Source: Felis catus
Lineage: Eukaryota
NCBI RefSeq assembly: GCF_018350175.1
Contig: NC_058383.1
Span: 12,774,001-12,838,000, forward strand
Reading direction: 5' to 3'
DNA: 64,000 nt
Below the pieces are notes generated by a model. The model had not been told where the DNA came from. It made no database searches and saw only the letters and a program-made list of their open reading frames with translations. The translations under genes were made by a program, and so were the position numbers. This document shows, piece after piece, positions 26,336 to 42,433 of the stretch (position 1 is the stretch's first letter; each line of letters opens with the position of its first letter).

Positions 26336-29149
26336 ACGGTGGTTATTAATCATTACAACATTAATCATGTTGCTCTTACAACATAGATGATATGGAGAAT
26401 TAGAAACAGATATGAGCAACATAATCCACAAACAATTTTAATTCTCTGATGGAAGAAAATTGAAACTCTGACCCAAAAGGCATTACCAATTCCAGTGAGC
26501 ATTGCACTTGGACCCTGAAAAAAAATCATTTAAACATTATCCCAAAATGCATTTGCAAATTACTCTTGCCAGAGGCAAGGTTCTTGGATGCAGTGCATTA
26601 CCATCCATTTTTTTTCCCTACCAGACATTACTCTTTAAAGACAGGACTGCCAAGGGCTACTCTGGAAAGTCACTAATATTATACTTTTTATTATATTTGG
26701 CAATTTCACACCTTCCTCAACCCAACCCCCAAAGTCGTGAAAAGTGACTGTAATTGCAAGTTCTTAGTTTTCAATGAAAATTATCAGTATCTAAAACATC
26801 TTCCATATTCCTAAAAACCCTAAAAATGAACCCAGATCCTTCCTTTAATGACAAAGAACCTGCCCTTTTTTTGTAGGAGCCAACTTGATAAACTCAGCAT
26901 GGATTTCAGTAGTTGCTGGGACAGCATCCTAGAGGTTAACACAAAAGTTACACTCTGTACGGAGGCACTGTTTTAGTTAATTGCTCCAGAGGGCAGCAAA
27001 CTCAGTTATGCAAGGTAGGAAATTTTGGAAGGTGGAACCATGTTCCTAATACATTGAATCAGATCCTATATGTATCAGCCACTTCTCTCCAGAAATTAAA
27101 GCACACCATTTACTTGAAAAAGATATTTTTTTGAGAAGGCCTTTCAGCTAGACCGTGAAGGGAACTTTTTGAACACCTAATTGAAACTCTTTGATTTACA
27201 GATGAGAAAAATAGTCATTTAAGAGTCTTGCCTAAGGTCAAATGCTCTGTTCCCTGGGCAGGCAGAAAGCTCAAGTCTTAGCCACAGTTCATTGGTTGCT
27301 CCTCTCTATTCTTGCAACTTGTTTCCCACCATCCTCCAGTCCTGCCCCCCACCTCCATTTCATAAAGACCCAGAAAAGGGGATGCCGAAGGGGTGTGACT
27401 TGTGGGAATGACCATTAAATTGTCATGATGAGTGAGGCTGCAAGATGAGTGAGGCTTGCCTGCCAGAAAGTAAGGTCCAAGGAGGACCTTCTATGTTTTG
27501 GGTTCCCAGCATGTAAAACCGTGCCTGGTACACAGCAGGCCCTGATGATTGTTAAACGAAGAAATGAATGAATCAACCAATCTTGGGTGCATCAGGTTGT
27601 CATGTGATTTTCTTTACCACCCCTTTCCAGTAGTACTAATAAAACTACTGGAAAAATTTAGTAAAGAACAGAAAAGATGTGCAAAGCGTCTAGTACCAAG
27701 CCCGACCCATTGTGAGCAATTTAACAATGTAAGCTTATTTCCTTTTCTTCCTCCCCAAGTGTAAGCTACTGGAGGCTAAGGGGTGATGTGCCACATTACT
27801 TATGTGCCAGACACAAAGTGACGTGGGTAGCTAACACGTTGGTGAGAAAGAGCTGTCGGCGTCTTTCTGATCCGTACAGATCAATGCCAGTGCCCCGAAA
27901 AACGCACAGCTATTTTACCTAGAGAGGCTGGTCTCTTTTGTTGATCGATTCTGGGCTGCAGTCAACTCTTTAATACAACTTTTTATAAGCATCAGCTACA
28001 TTTCTGCGAAAGGAGGGGCAGTGATAGGAAAAAGAGAAACCCCCTCCGCCCCCCACTAAAGGAAGCCGACCTTGGTAGGGACTGCATTTTGCATGTCCAA
28101 CGGGTCCTCGGGCTGGGGCAGCCCGGTCACTTCCAACCCCGCCCCCTCGCCCGCGGCGGCTGCCGAGGTTCAAGTTCGGCCCTGGGCGCACTGCCTTGCG
28201 CTTCCCGCTCCGCAGCCGCCCGCGCGTCCCAAGAGCCCCCGCATGAAAGCGAGGAGGGCCCAAAGGTCACACGGGCGCGGGGTCACTCGGTCACGCGTTG
28301 TGTTACCACGTGGGAGAAAAGTTTCCAACTCCGGCCGTAGGGCCTCTCGGGGTCTCCCAGCGGAGCGGAGGCCCGCCCTTTGGCACCCGCTCCCTTTTCT
28401 GTCGCCTTCAGTCGTGCCCCCCTCCCGGGGAAGCCCCCCCCTCCACCTTGTGTCCCTTTTCAAAAATTCCTCCTTCCCTCGCTGCGCAGGTCGCCCAGAA
28501 AAATACTCCGGGAGCCTCCCAAGTAGGCTGTCCGGGAGCCTCCGCCGGGGCCTGGGGTAGGGGGTCGAGGGACAAGTGTCCCGAAGAGGCTGCGGGGCGC
28601 GCGGACCTGGGAGCGCGGAGTAGACAGGGGACAGCGTCCCGCACGCGTCCGCGGTGCGGTCGGCAGGATCACGTCTCGGCTTCCACACCCTCGCGCGCCA
28701 ACTCTGCCGGGCCGCAGCCGACCCCACGCGGGCGGCCCCCTCCACGCCCCCGCCCCGCTCCCCACTCCCGGCTCCCCTCCGCCCCCAGTGCGCAGGCCCG
28801 GCCGCCCCAGCGCGCATGCCCTGGGCTCGCGAGCGCGGCCAGCCCCCAGCCTTCAGCTTTCTACACACTCTACAACTGGGGAGGGGGCGGGGGCGGAGGG
28901 AGCCCAGCGGGCCACGTGATCCAGCCGGCCGGGGCCGCGGGGGCGGGAGCGCGCGCCGAGCGGGGCGCGGGGAGGGCGGGGGCGCGTGCGCGCGCGCGCG
29001 CGCGTGCGGGCGGGCGCGGGGCTGGGCTGAGGCGGGCGGCGGCGGCGACGGTGGGCCGGCCGCGGAGGGGGAGGAGCGGGAGCTGAGCTAGGCGGGCGGG
29101 CGGGCGGAGGATGGGGCCGTGCCCGGGCTCCCGCTGCAGCCGCCCGGGG

Positions 29150-31614
<2,465 letters not shown>

Positions 31615-33049
31615 CTCTTTTTCGTCCTGATTGGCTTTGTGTGTATGTGTATGTATGTCTTTCTTTATTCCTTGGGCACCTGCAGTGTTGATTTCCAAAT
31701 GCACATTTTCCTGCCAGCTACTGGCTCCTGGGGGTGGGAGGAGGTGGGTAGAGGGAGACTGTCCAGGGGCCTGGGGGAAACTGTCTTTACCTGCAGAGAT
31801 CATATTTGGTGCTAGCATCAGTCATTGGCCTCCACAGATGTAACCCCCCTCTCCTCCCCCCAACCTCCCTGTCCCCACCCCCAACACACCACACACACAG
31901 AAGGCTTTGAGATTCTGCAGAGTTGGTCCTGCTTTCTTAAGCACAAAACCCAGATAGGAGTTGGTTTCTAGTATTTCATGCACCTGGTGTGATGGTTTGA
32001 CGTTCCTGAAGGAAACTTTTCCCTTTCCTTCTGGTTTTTTTCGCTGTTATTATGGTATTGTTTGAGATGATCGGGTGTAAGCTTTGTTAATGACAGCTTA
32101 AATCTCACATGCAGTAACCGTACAGGTTTAGATTGCTGGTTCTGCGTGTGTGCTTGGGTGTCAGGTTTAAATATTTTTAAAAAGGAAGCTTTCCTGTCAG
32201 GGTTGTTCTTTTCTGTTTGAACTGCTTTTTGGTTGGGCCGCTGGTGGTGATGGTGGTGGATGGGGGCCAGTGGTTGGGGAGGAAGGGAGATTGGTGGTGA
32301 TGGTATTGGTGGCCGTAGATTTTGATGTTAGTGATTGAATCAGTTACCCTTTGGTTCTAGAACTGGTGATTTATTGGCTAAAATGGATCTTACACGATTA
32401 TTTTGAGTGTTGAGGCTCACCACTTATTAGGATAATTCTAACTGTGGCTTTAACTTTGCCAAGGTGGGAGGGTACTGTACAGCGTGACTTCTTTCTCTCT
32501 TTCTTTCTCTTGTGCTTTGAAATAGATACTGAAATGGCAGCATGTATCCTAATAGAAAATGCTGCCTAGAATTTGGTTCACCATTGCTTTCTGTGATTGG
32601 GTTAGGACATTATTTATAAGAGCTGGTTACAAGTGGTTCTGCTTTCTGCGTGGTCCTCCTGGGTTGCTGTGTGGCCCCTTACAGTAAGTAAGCAAGAGGG
32701 GCCTGCATTTTCCCATGAATATTTTTGAAGGCCAAGTAGAGGGAGGTATAACTTATGCAGTAGTTTTTAATTTTCATAAGTAGATATTTGATTGGGCTTG
32801 CGAAACTTAGTCCATTTGGCTTTTGAGAGAAAATGTACCCATTCTAGTTTCTTTTGGGTTTAAAAAACTTAAGTTTTAGGAAAGGTCGAGTTCAAAGTGT
32901 AGCATCAATACCATTCCTTTCCTTACCGTGATTGTTTTTTCTGCTACTTTTCTAGATCAAAACCCAGGTTACTTTGGTTAGCTGAATGCTGTGCTGCTGT
33001 CATATCTAAATATCATTTACATATCTGTAGGTAGATCTAAAAGGCCTAA

Positions 33050-33420
33050 CTTTTTAAAAAGCTTCTTTAAAACTTTCCACAAAGATTTAAACACACACAG
33101 TAGTAGAGACAGTAGTATGTATAATAAACTCCAATATACCCAGTGCCCAGGTTCACTAACTACCAACTCATGTCTCATCTGATTTCATCTGTATCCCATC
33201 TACACCCCCTTCCCAGATGGGATATGAAAAATAGGTAAATATTCCTATATGTATGTAATGGTAATGACTTAAAACAACAACAACAACAAGAAAAAACAAC
33301 AAACAACCTAGAAAACCAAAACCCCACCAGAAACTCTATAGTAGTACCATTATCACACCTAAGTAAATTAACATCAGTTCCCTAATGTTCTCAACTATCC
33401 TATTAGTATTCATTCACATT
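33050..33420 (-). mobile_element. Old L1 (L1MC4-like) fragment
   Basis: aaacacacacagtagtagagacagtagtat...aactccaatatacccag...ataccattatcacacctaagtaaattaaca. Confidence 0.55.
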
Positions 33421-36400
33421 TAAGAGGCCTGCTTTTGTAGGAAAGATGTGAATAAACTTTTCATACCCAGAACACACAGTGGGAAATAAAAATCATCATA
33501 TATGTCTGGTTCTATGGGAAAAGGTAGATCTGTTTGCTGCTTATCACATTTGTGTCCCTGTTGGATGGTCAGACGTATGTGTATAACGGTCATTGAAACC
33601 TCTGGTGTCCTCCTGTTCTCAGTTTACAAGATTTAAACTGAACTGTCACCAAGAAATGTGAGGATTTATTAGGAAATCGGCAACTAAACTATGAACTTGG
33701 ACAGAAATATATGTTAATGGAGTGCTTATAAATGTTAGGAATTATTATCGATGCCAAGAGTTACCATAGTACGTAATACGGTTTTGTGCCTTGTGTTTAG
33801 AAATGAAATCAATTGTCACCACGTGTCATCAAGGCTGCTGCTAGTAGGATGTGATAAGAAACTAGAAATCTTGGCTTGCACAGCTAGGCTTGTAGCTTAT
33901 GCTGGTTCAGAGCAGTAGCTGGCACACTGTGCTGTTGCATACTTAGAGTGTTAATGGACTCGTTATTTGACTCTGTGATTTTGTCCTGAGTAGCTCATTT
34001 TGACTTTCCTTTTAAAAAAGAGGCTCCTAAGTTCTGAAGAGTGCTGATAAAAACTGTTCCAGTTCAGCTATGGTTTTACTAATGCTGGAGTAAAAGCAAG
34101 AAACTTGCCTAATGAGAACTTGCATTTTTATGTTGATTATTTTTCAGTATTGTTTGATTTTTTATTTAAGGTGATGAAAGCTGTAGGGGTAGTTTGAGAG
34201 GTCCCAGACTTTATAGGCAGGGAAACCAGCTGAGGTACTTTCATATTCTGCAGGGATACTTGTCTCAAGTAATTGTGCCCTGAAGTTCAAGTATATGATT
34301 GTGAAGAGTCTTATGATGGAAGATAAGAGGGTAGGTGAGGAGGCTAAAGTTGAACATGGTGTTCTTTTCATTATGCATTTGAGAAGCAGAATTACCATTT
34401 CGATACCGTATTGTTTATTTGAATATTCTTTGAATGATGGGTTGAGAGTGAACATCCAGATACCATGCCTCATTTTTTTTTTTTAAATGGCTTTCAGCCA
34501 ACAAAGTATAAATGGAAATTTGGGGTTCTAGTACTGTCTGTACACTGATGTGCCAGATAATATTGCCTTTCTGTTTTTATTAGGGTTTCTTTCTGTGTAG
34601 TCTTGATTAGGAAGCCACATGAACACCATGGTTGAAAATTTCCCTTTGCAAATCCATCATTTCCCCCCTCTGTTATGCATGGGTTTTAAGGGCAGCCTCT
34701 ATATGTACAACTGACCAAAGATGAAGTTGGTGGGATTAGCGGACAGAAAGCCAGTTGGGAGTTTTGCAGGCTTGTGAAAAATGAAGGAAGAGTTACTTCT
34801 GCTGGTTAGAGGATCAACCCAAGACTCTTATGTGGTCTTCATTTCCGAGTAGTTTCAGGGCTTACCTAAACAGTGGTAGCATAAATAGGCTATACAGAAT
34901 TTGAAGTGCTTATGACATGCCATGTTAGTAGGCTCTTATAATTTAGTGTGGTCGAATCTCACTTATTTCAGTTGCTTGAAAAACATTAATCATGTTGCTC
35001 GTATCAGTCAGCAAATATTTATGGAGTGCCTAGAAAGAGTGCAGGGAAACCTAAAATATATATAGTACCTTGAAGGAGTATGCAGTTTAGTTGATAAACT
35101 AAGCCCAGCACCTTTAAAATAATTTTGAAACAGGTGCTCGAATGTCTAATACCAACTAAGTGCAGTAAGCATTCAGAGTAGGAGTAAGGAGATAGGCTGA
35201 AGTGTTTGAGAAAGCTTCTTGAAGAAGGGGCCTAGAAGTTTGAAGTGATTTGCATAGATAGGGAAATGGGGGATGGAGAGAGACTTCCAAGAAGAAGGAA
35301 TAGTGAAGAAGAACAGAAACAAGAGGATTGAGAAGGTGCTATTTGATGAGGGCTTGGGGGTAAGGAAGAACTGTTAGAAATGAGTTACAAAATTGTGTAA
35401 GTAGGTGGACACCTGTGCAGACATCTGTTCCAGGCTTGGCCCTCCTAACTAGTTGAGTGAGTTTGGGAAGTTACTCTCTAAAAGCATCATTTTCTTCATC
35501 CCTTAGTTGAGAAGTTTAGACTAATTTTAGAGCAAACGTACCCAAGTTGGAAGGGAACCTAGCTCTGCTGGATGTTCATAAGTGGTGTTCCAGATCAAAA
35601 AAATGTAATCTACCCTCAAGTAGTTTTGGAACCTGATGGGCAAGACAAAATTAAACGGGTGGCTTGTTCTGCCAGAATTAAAAGCCTTTTCATTATACGA
35701 ATGCGAATTTTGAATATCAGAGAAGACAGATGTGCTTTATTTCCTTGACCACAGGGCACTCTTTCTTACTCTTGGCATTGTAACCCCTAATCCAATATAG
35801 GGAATGCTGCAAAGCATCTCCAGGGTCCTTTCCAGATCTTGGATCTTGGTGATCTCTCAGTCTAGGGTGAGTGGGCTGGTGATAGATGACTTGGAAAGTC
35901 AGGCTCAGAAGTTGGAGTGGAGGCTGCTGCTTAAGTGTGAATGGCAAGGGGAAGGGGAGATGTAAATAATGATGGTTAGTTCACTTCTCCTGCTCCCTTG
36001 TCCTGCCTGGTGTCAGTGCTTTCATTGATTGTTAGCAACCCCACCATGAGGTGAATGTTGGTGAGTGATTCTCATTAATAGCCCTTTCAATGTGATGGCG
36101 GCCCTGATGCCAGCAGTTCTGATGCCACCAAGCTGCCCTCCAGCCAGTGTGTTTTATTGTCTCTTGGTCCTTTCGGTTTCCTGTATTGCTGCTTTTTAAG
36201 CAAGCTGGGAAGGAAGGTTGGATGACAAAGGAGGTTGACAGTGATGTTAAAATAAAGGTTTTAAATTATCTGCCTTTGGCTCGTTTATGTATGAACTGGT
36301 AGTTCAAGAGAGGTCAGAACCCTTCTGCTGTTACACAGCCAGGGAAAGCTGTAGAGCTCTGTTTTTGGTGGATTTTTCAGTTTCTATCTTAGGAAGTTTG

Positions 36401-36845
36401 GGATGGGACTACAGAGTAAATGGGTCAGTTCTAGCATTTCACTTCTGAAAGTATGCCTGGGATCTAGGATCTGAGGAGTTTCTAAGTGGTGAGAAAGTTT
36501 TCCTAAAAGGAAGAGAGGCAATAGTGTGCTTGGTTATGAATTCAAGTATTTTACTGTGTGTACTGAATTTGAATATTTTACGGTACAAAGCAGAGCATCA
36601 GTGAGATGAGGTTGAAGATTGTGATATGGTTCCTTGTGGCTTGTGTTACTTGTTGAGATTGACTACTTCACTTCTTTTTTGGAAGTAGATAGGATATAAA
36701 TGAATCCATAAATTTAAAAAATGAATCACAAAGTTAGTGATTGCCTTTGATCCTCTGACAGTGTTCTCTTGAAAAGGGGTTAAAAAAACCTGAGCATTCT
36801 GCATGATTCAGCGTTGAGGGTGATAAAGAGATTCTGAGACTCTTC

Positions 36846-37077
36846 AACGTTTTTTTTTTTATTTTTTTTATTTTTTTTATTTTTTTATTTTTGGGACAGA
36901 GAGAGACAGAGCATGAATGGGGGAGGGGCAGAGAGAGAGGGAGACACAGAATCGGAAACAGGCTCCAGGCTCTGAGCCATCAGCCCAGAGCCCGACGCGG
37001 GGCTCGAACTCATGGACCGCGAGATCGTGACCTGGCTGCAGTCGGACGCTCAACCGACTGCGCCACCCAGGCTCCCC
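36846..37077 (-). mobile_element. Young SINEC_Fc-type SINE, antisense in intron 1
   Basis: TSD tctgagactcttc 36833-36845 / 37078-37090. Confidence 0.96.
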
Positions 37078-37285
37078 TCTGAGACTCTTCTATGCAAGTC
37101 CTATATATACTGTGAAAAATAAATGGCAATTATTTAGTTTGAGAGAAGGTTAGGATTAGATATGTCCCCAAACAGAAAATAATAGTTGAGGTCAGCTGTT
37201 AAGGAATAATTTAGGTCCCAGTGGCTATAAGATTGGGAAGCTTTTGGACAGAGGTCTATAGCATTTCTTGATAGGAGGGTATGTG

Positions 37286-37287
<2 letters not shown>

Positions 37288-37342
<55 letters not shown>
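37288..37342 (+). repeat. (TG)n microsatellite, ~27 units
   Basis: Seen directly. Confidence 0.97.
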
Positions 37343-37343
<1 letters not shown>

Positions 37344-40300
37344 TCCACATGCAGAGGGTGGAGGATGGTGGGTTGGTGGCTGTACATTTTATTTTTATTT
37401 TACCCCTATGCTGTGATTAGTCAAATACTTTAAATGTAGACTAACTTTGTAAAAGTGCCTCGTGTTATTTTTTCTCCTCAAGAAACCACACTTTTTTTTT
37501 CATGGTTAATATTAAACCTAATATTCTGTAGATATAGGAAAAAAAGAACTTAGTGCTGGGATAGCAATTGGTCATTTGAGGAAGTTCTGAAAAAAAAATC
37601 AAGTAGATTTTGAAGTTGAGATTTGAAAACTCTCAGACAGTTGAAGTTTGGAAGAGCAAGATGGGGATTAATTTGGTGAAACCCAAGACAGGAAGGGCTC
37701 AAAAACAATGTAGGGACATTGTTAGCTAGGTCAGAACCATTTTTCTTACATAATTTGTATGTGTTCCATGAGTAGATGAATGCAGGTTTTTTTGTTTTTG
37801 TTTTTGTTTTTTTTTTCACCTGGAAGAGGGGCATAGAATTTTATGCTTTTGACACCCTAAATTTGTCTTTGTTCTTCCAGGTCTGAGCTTTGTTCTTTCA
37901 TTTTTTTCTAACCAGCCTACAGGGTAAGGGGGTATGGTGTCATTAAGTTACAATTGTAAGGTTACAAAGAACAGGTCCTCTTTATGCTGTTAGTAACTGA
38001 GGAGGGGGAGAGTGGGTTTCACATAGTCTGGGTTTGTTTGCTTGCTTAGGAGGAGACTAGGCAAGTATAGGCTTCTTTCTGTGGCTCAGTCATCTTCAGG
38101 TCTCTGGTTCCATCCTTTGCAAGGTGACCTGTAGCCTGCAAGCATGTGTCTTGCTGCTTTCTTTGCAGGCGTTTATTGCACAAATTGGTGCATATAGCAG
38201 TCTCATCATGGGATCCAGTTAGATTCAACTATCCATTGCTTGTCCCCTTCCTTCCCTCCCTCCCAATTTCCCTCCCTTCTTTCTTTTTCCTTTATGAGGT
38301 AGAACTATCAAAATTATAAATGCAGTTACTAAAAGCTAATAGATTTAGGAACTTGTGGATGAAAGGTGAACATTTTAATATTCCACACTTTTATCATTTG
38401 AGTTTCACCTGTCTGAAGGACTCGGATGTGAGGGAAAATTGCTTGCCACAGTTTTCTGGGCTATTTCAGCTCCTCGTTCTGATTTCCCATTCATATCTGA
38501 GCTCTGGTTAGAGTTTGCCTGAACAAACACCACAAATTACCAACTAGTACAAACAAATAACATTTTAAAAGACTTGACTGTCATTTTGGCTTGCTACTGT
38601 ACCTCATGGTGCCATATCTCCTTATACCTTTATTGGAGTCTTGGAAAGCCCAAGTGCAGTAAAATGGAGTCACAGAGGAGAAAGGAAGAGCCCACAGTTT
38701 GTAAGTAACAGAAAATGGCTAATACAGGTTGGGATTCATTTTTGCCAGAAAGCCTTAAAATTGCAGGTACTTTGTGATTGGTATTAACTGAGGCATTTTA
38801 AAATGACCCGGGCTGGATACAGAAGCATGACCCGTGAAGACAAATTGTGACTCTTGGTTATGTGGGTGAAATCTGATACTTTACAATGGCAGGGAAGTCT
38901 GGGATAGGGTTTAAGTCAATGCCAGGGTCAAGTTGTGATGATACCAGAGCGATGTCGTTTTCCTTGTCCCCACACCTACCTGCCACTGTAGCACAACACC
39001 AACCTCCCAACCTTATTTCAGGTTTCTCTGTAAAGTTTCTGATGGCAGTGATATTTTAGAGCTTGAAAAGAGAAATTGAGAGAGTCCAGTATCTCAGTTA
39101 TCCCTCAATAGTTACACTGAAGTAGGCATTTTTTGGTTGTTTGCTAGGGTCCCTGTTCAGTTTTGCTTGCTGGCTAAAGGTTGTTGGCTAAAAGTTGTTC
39201 AGTGACTATTTTTCTGGAGTAATAATCTAAGTAGAACAAGAAATAAGGAAGAATGAAAATGTAAATCATTGGTGAGGATTAGATTATCACTTGTTTTCTG
39301 GCCACAAGCTAGAAATTCCAGTGTTCTACCTATTTTCTCTGTACCTGTTCAGTTGACGAAAATACAAGGGTCCTGGATTGTGTTGTTCTAATAAATGATT
39401 TTTTGTTGTTGTTGTTCAAGTGAAATTATACTTTCACTGGGGCAAAAGGGAAAGCAGGTGTTTGGTATTGTGCATTGCTGTGAATTGCAAAGTTTGTTCC
39501 TTGATCATTGGTTATGGTGATCAGTTTGATTACTTGTCAGAGTTACATTTTGAGATTAATGTGCAGAGCTACATCTTTAGGAGGTGTTATCCTAAAGTTA
39601 GGACTCCAGTTTTTTTTTTAGAGCAGTCTTTTAATCCATTTCACTCCAGCCATTGTTGGCTGCTGTGCTTTCCAAGCTGTCAGTGGCATTAGAGGCACAG
39701 ATGTTGTCTTTAGTGATGTAGTTCTACCTCTCATTTTGCAAATGAAAACACAGCCCAGAGGGGTTAATTGACCTGCTCAAGATCACACTGGGAGTTATGG
39801 CTCTTACTGTTACCCAGTGAAACTAGGAGGCTGCTTCTGCTTAGTAGTTGGATTCCCAAGGATTGGGAATTTAAAAGGAGGTTTTTAAAAAACAAAAATA
39901 ATAATGCAAACGAGGATGAATGCTTGTAAAGCTTCCTATTTTTTCCAAGAAATTTTCTGAACTCAGTATCAAGAACCTTTTAAAAGCATTCTGCTTCCCC
40001 CCAGTGTATCACCCTGGAATTCATTGGCCTTTCTCTGTGGGTACGTTAGTCTTTTCTAAATTCCCTCCTCCTCTACTCCCCATAATGAGGACATAAATGA
40101 GAAAGTAAATATTAGAGTGATGATACAAGAGTTTCTCATTCTTGAATGTCCACTGGAAAGATGCAATAATTATTTGGGATATAAGATGAACTTAATGTGG
40201 CCTACTTAAAATTTTAACATGTTTTATTTGGATATAATATTTTCTTCAGCCCAGTAATCCAGAGAAATTCAGAGCCACTTAATAGCATTGGTGGCAGAAT

Positions 40301-42384
40301 ATTTGAAGTGGATTTAGGAGTATAGTTGAGTTGAAGACTCAACCAAACTTTTCTTCTGAAGAAAAAAGACTCAAAATATTAAATCCATATGACGTGTTGG
40401 CTAAGGCATCTTGCCTGTTTATTGCTGAACCAGAAAATTTATAACAACTGTTTGTCATGTGTATATATTTATAGCCATTCATATAATGAAAAGAAGTTTT
40501 CATGAGATTGTAATAACATATCAAGATGGATGTAATTAAAACAGAAGCAGATTGACACCCTGAATTAAATGCAAACCATAAACCAGGATACCTGAGCATT
40601 GTGCCTTACATATTTGCTAAAGGGGGCAGTCAGCCAAATATGCAAATAAAAAGACATTGATGAATTTCCCTGGATGTGTGTGTGGTTGCAGAGAACCCAA
40701 CTATTTTATTAATCTTTTATCAAGCATTGTTTAGGTTTGCAGCAGCAATGGAATGTATTAATTTGGCAGACCAAATAGCTTAGGACCAGAAAGTAGGAAA
40801 TAATAAGGAGAAGACATGATTGATATACTGCTATAAATAACACATGCGACTGACAGAGGGGCTGAGTAATCTTTAGATCTGTGCTTGATGTCATTAATGG
40901 AGTTGTTAAACCAGGATGTTTGAGTCGAACTTCAATCACTGAGGCTACCTCCCATTTAAAATGCAGACCTGTCTCTAGTTACACTCTGAACTGATATGTT
41001 GACAAAATTGGTGTAAATCGAATTTTTGTAAATTGGATCAAATGCACCAAGGGAATCTTACTGTGAAAAATATGAGTCTTTTTTTTTTTTTTTTTAAATC
41101 AAGTATAGTGCTTCTCTGCAGGGAAGGTGGGATTTGAGTAGAGTGGGTCTCTTTAGATGGGCATTGCTTTCCTTGAGACACTTTCCTGCATGTGTTCCCT
41201 GTGTTCTTTAAGAAAGTGACTCTGAGGTTTGTGTTTTCTGTTCAGGTTTCATACTTCACTTGGTTGGTGCTTCCAGAAATAATTGGTGGTGATTTGAATA
41301 AACCCAAACCATTCAGATTTCAGAGGGTAGTTTTCAAGTGCATGCTAAGGAGGGCTTGTGGCTATGAATATGGAATATGATTTTCATGTCTGTTCCATGG
41401 GGGAGTCCAGGCATGTCATAACCACTTCAGAGTCATGATTGTATAGAAACACCCTAGCTATAATTTTTCGATATGGCAGTTCAGTTTTAAAATTGTAAAG
41501 ATGCCAAATGCAGGGCTGTATTGTTATTAGGGAAGTCGGTGACATCTGTTATATCTTGTTAACCAGGGGAGGAAAATGCTTTAATCAAAACATCTAATTA
41601 TGCCCTCTCAACTGATGAAAGATCTTTTGCTAAATTTTTGGAATTGGCCTTAATGGAAGAAGCTGGCCTCTCCAGGAACTGTGAAGTAAATTTACTCTTT
41701 TTTTGAAAAATTCTTATCCTTAACCATGGTGATATAGGATGTTTTCATTTTGTCAAATTGTTCTTATACTGTGTGTTGAAAATAGATATTTTCAGAAGTC
41801 GTCTAAGCCAGCATGAAATTTTGTTTTTTTCCTCCTTCTCACCCCCATAGCGTGTGAGGTCCCAGAGGGAGTTTAAATATCCAGATGTGAGCCTAGGAGG
41901 ATATGTGGTGGCTCAGAGCCACCTGGGGAGGGAGCAAATGATAATTACAGGTGAGAGGCAGGGGATAATTCAGTCTCTGTGCTGGGAGGTGCGATTTCAC
42001 ACCTGAATGTTGAAACCTGCTATGCCTAGACAGTTGTGTTGTTTTAAAATTAGTTTTATTAGTCTAATATAGAAATGGACCAGATTGTTCCAGGTCACTT
42101 TTAGTTGAAGGAATATAACTGTTGTTAAATATTGATTCCAGAAGTATTTCCTGTGTTTAAGAGTAGTTTCACACAGTAGTTGAAAATATCAGAAACTGTT
42201 TAACTCATCGTATCTGCACCACTTCTAGCTTCCGTGATCACTTCGTAGAAAATTGTTAAATATTTTGGTAATGCAGCTTACCACTTCGAATCAGACTTCA
42301 AAGCCTATCCAATAAAGCCATCCCTTTATCTATATTTCAGCCCGTAGTTAATTTTATCTGCAGCTATTTTGCTTCCAGAATCAC

Positions 42385-42433
42385 TGATGATAGTGATGAT
42401 GATGAAGATGATGATGATGATGATGATGATGAT
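42385..42433 (+). repeat. (GAT)n trinucleotide repeat, interrupted
   Basis: tgatgatagtgatgatgatgaagatgatgatgatgatgatgatgatgat. Confidence 0.95.
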
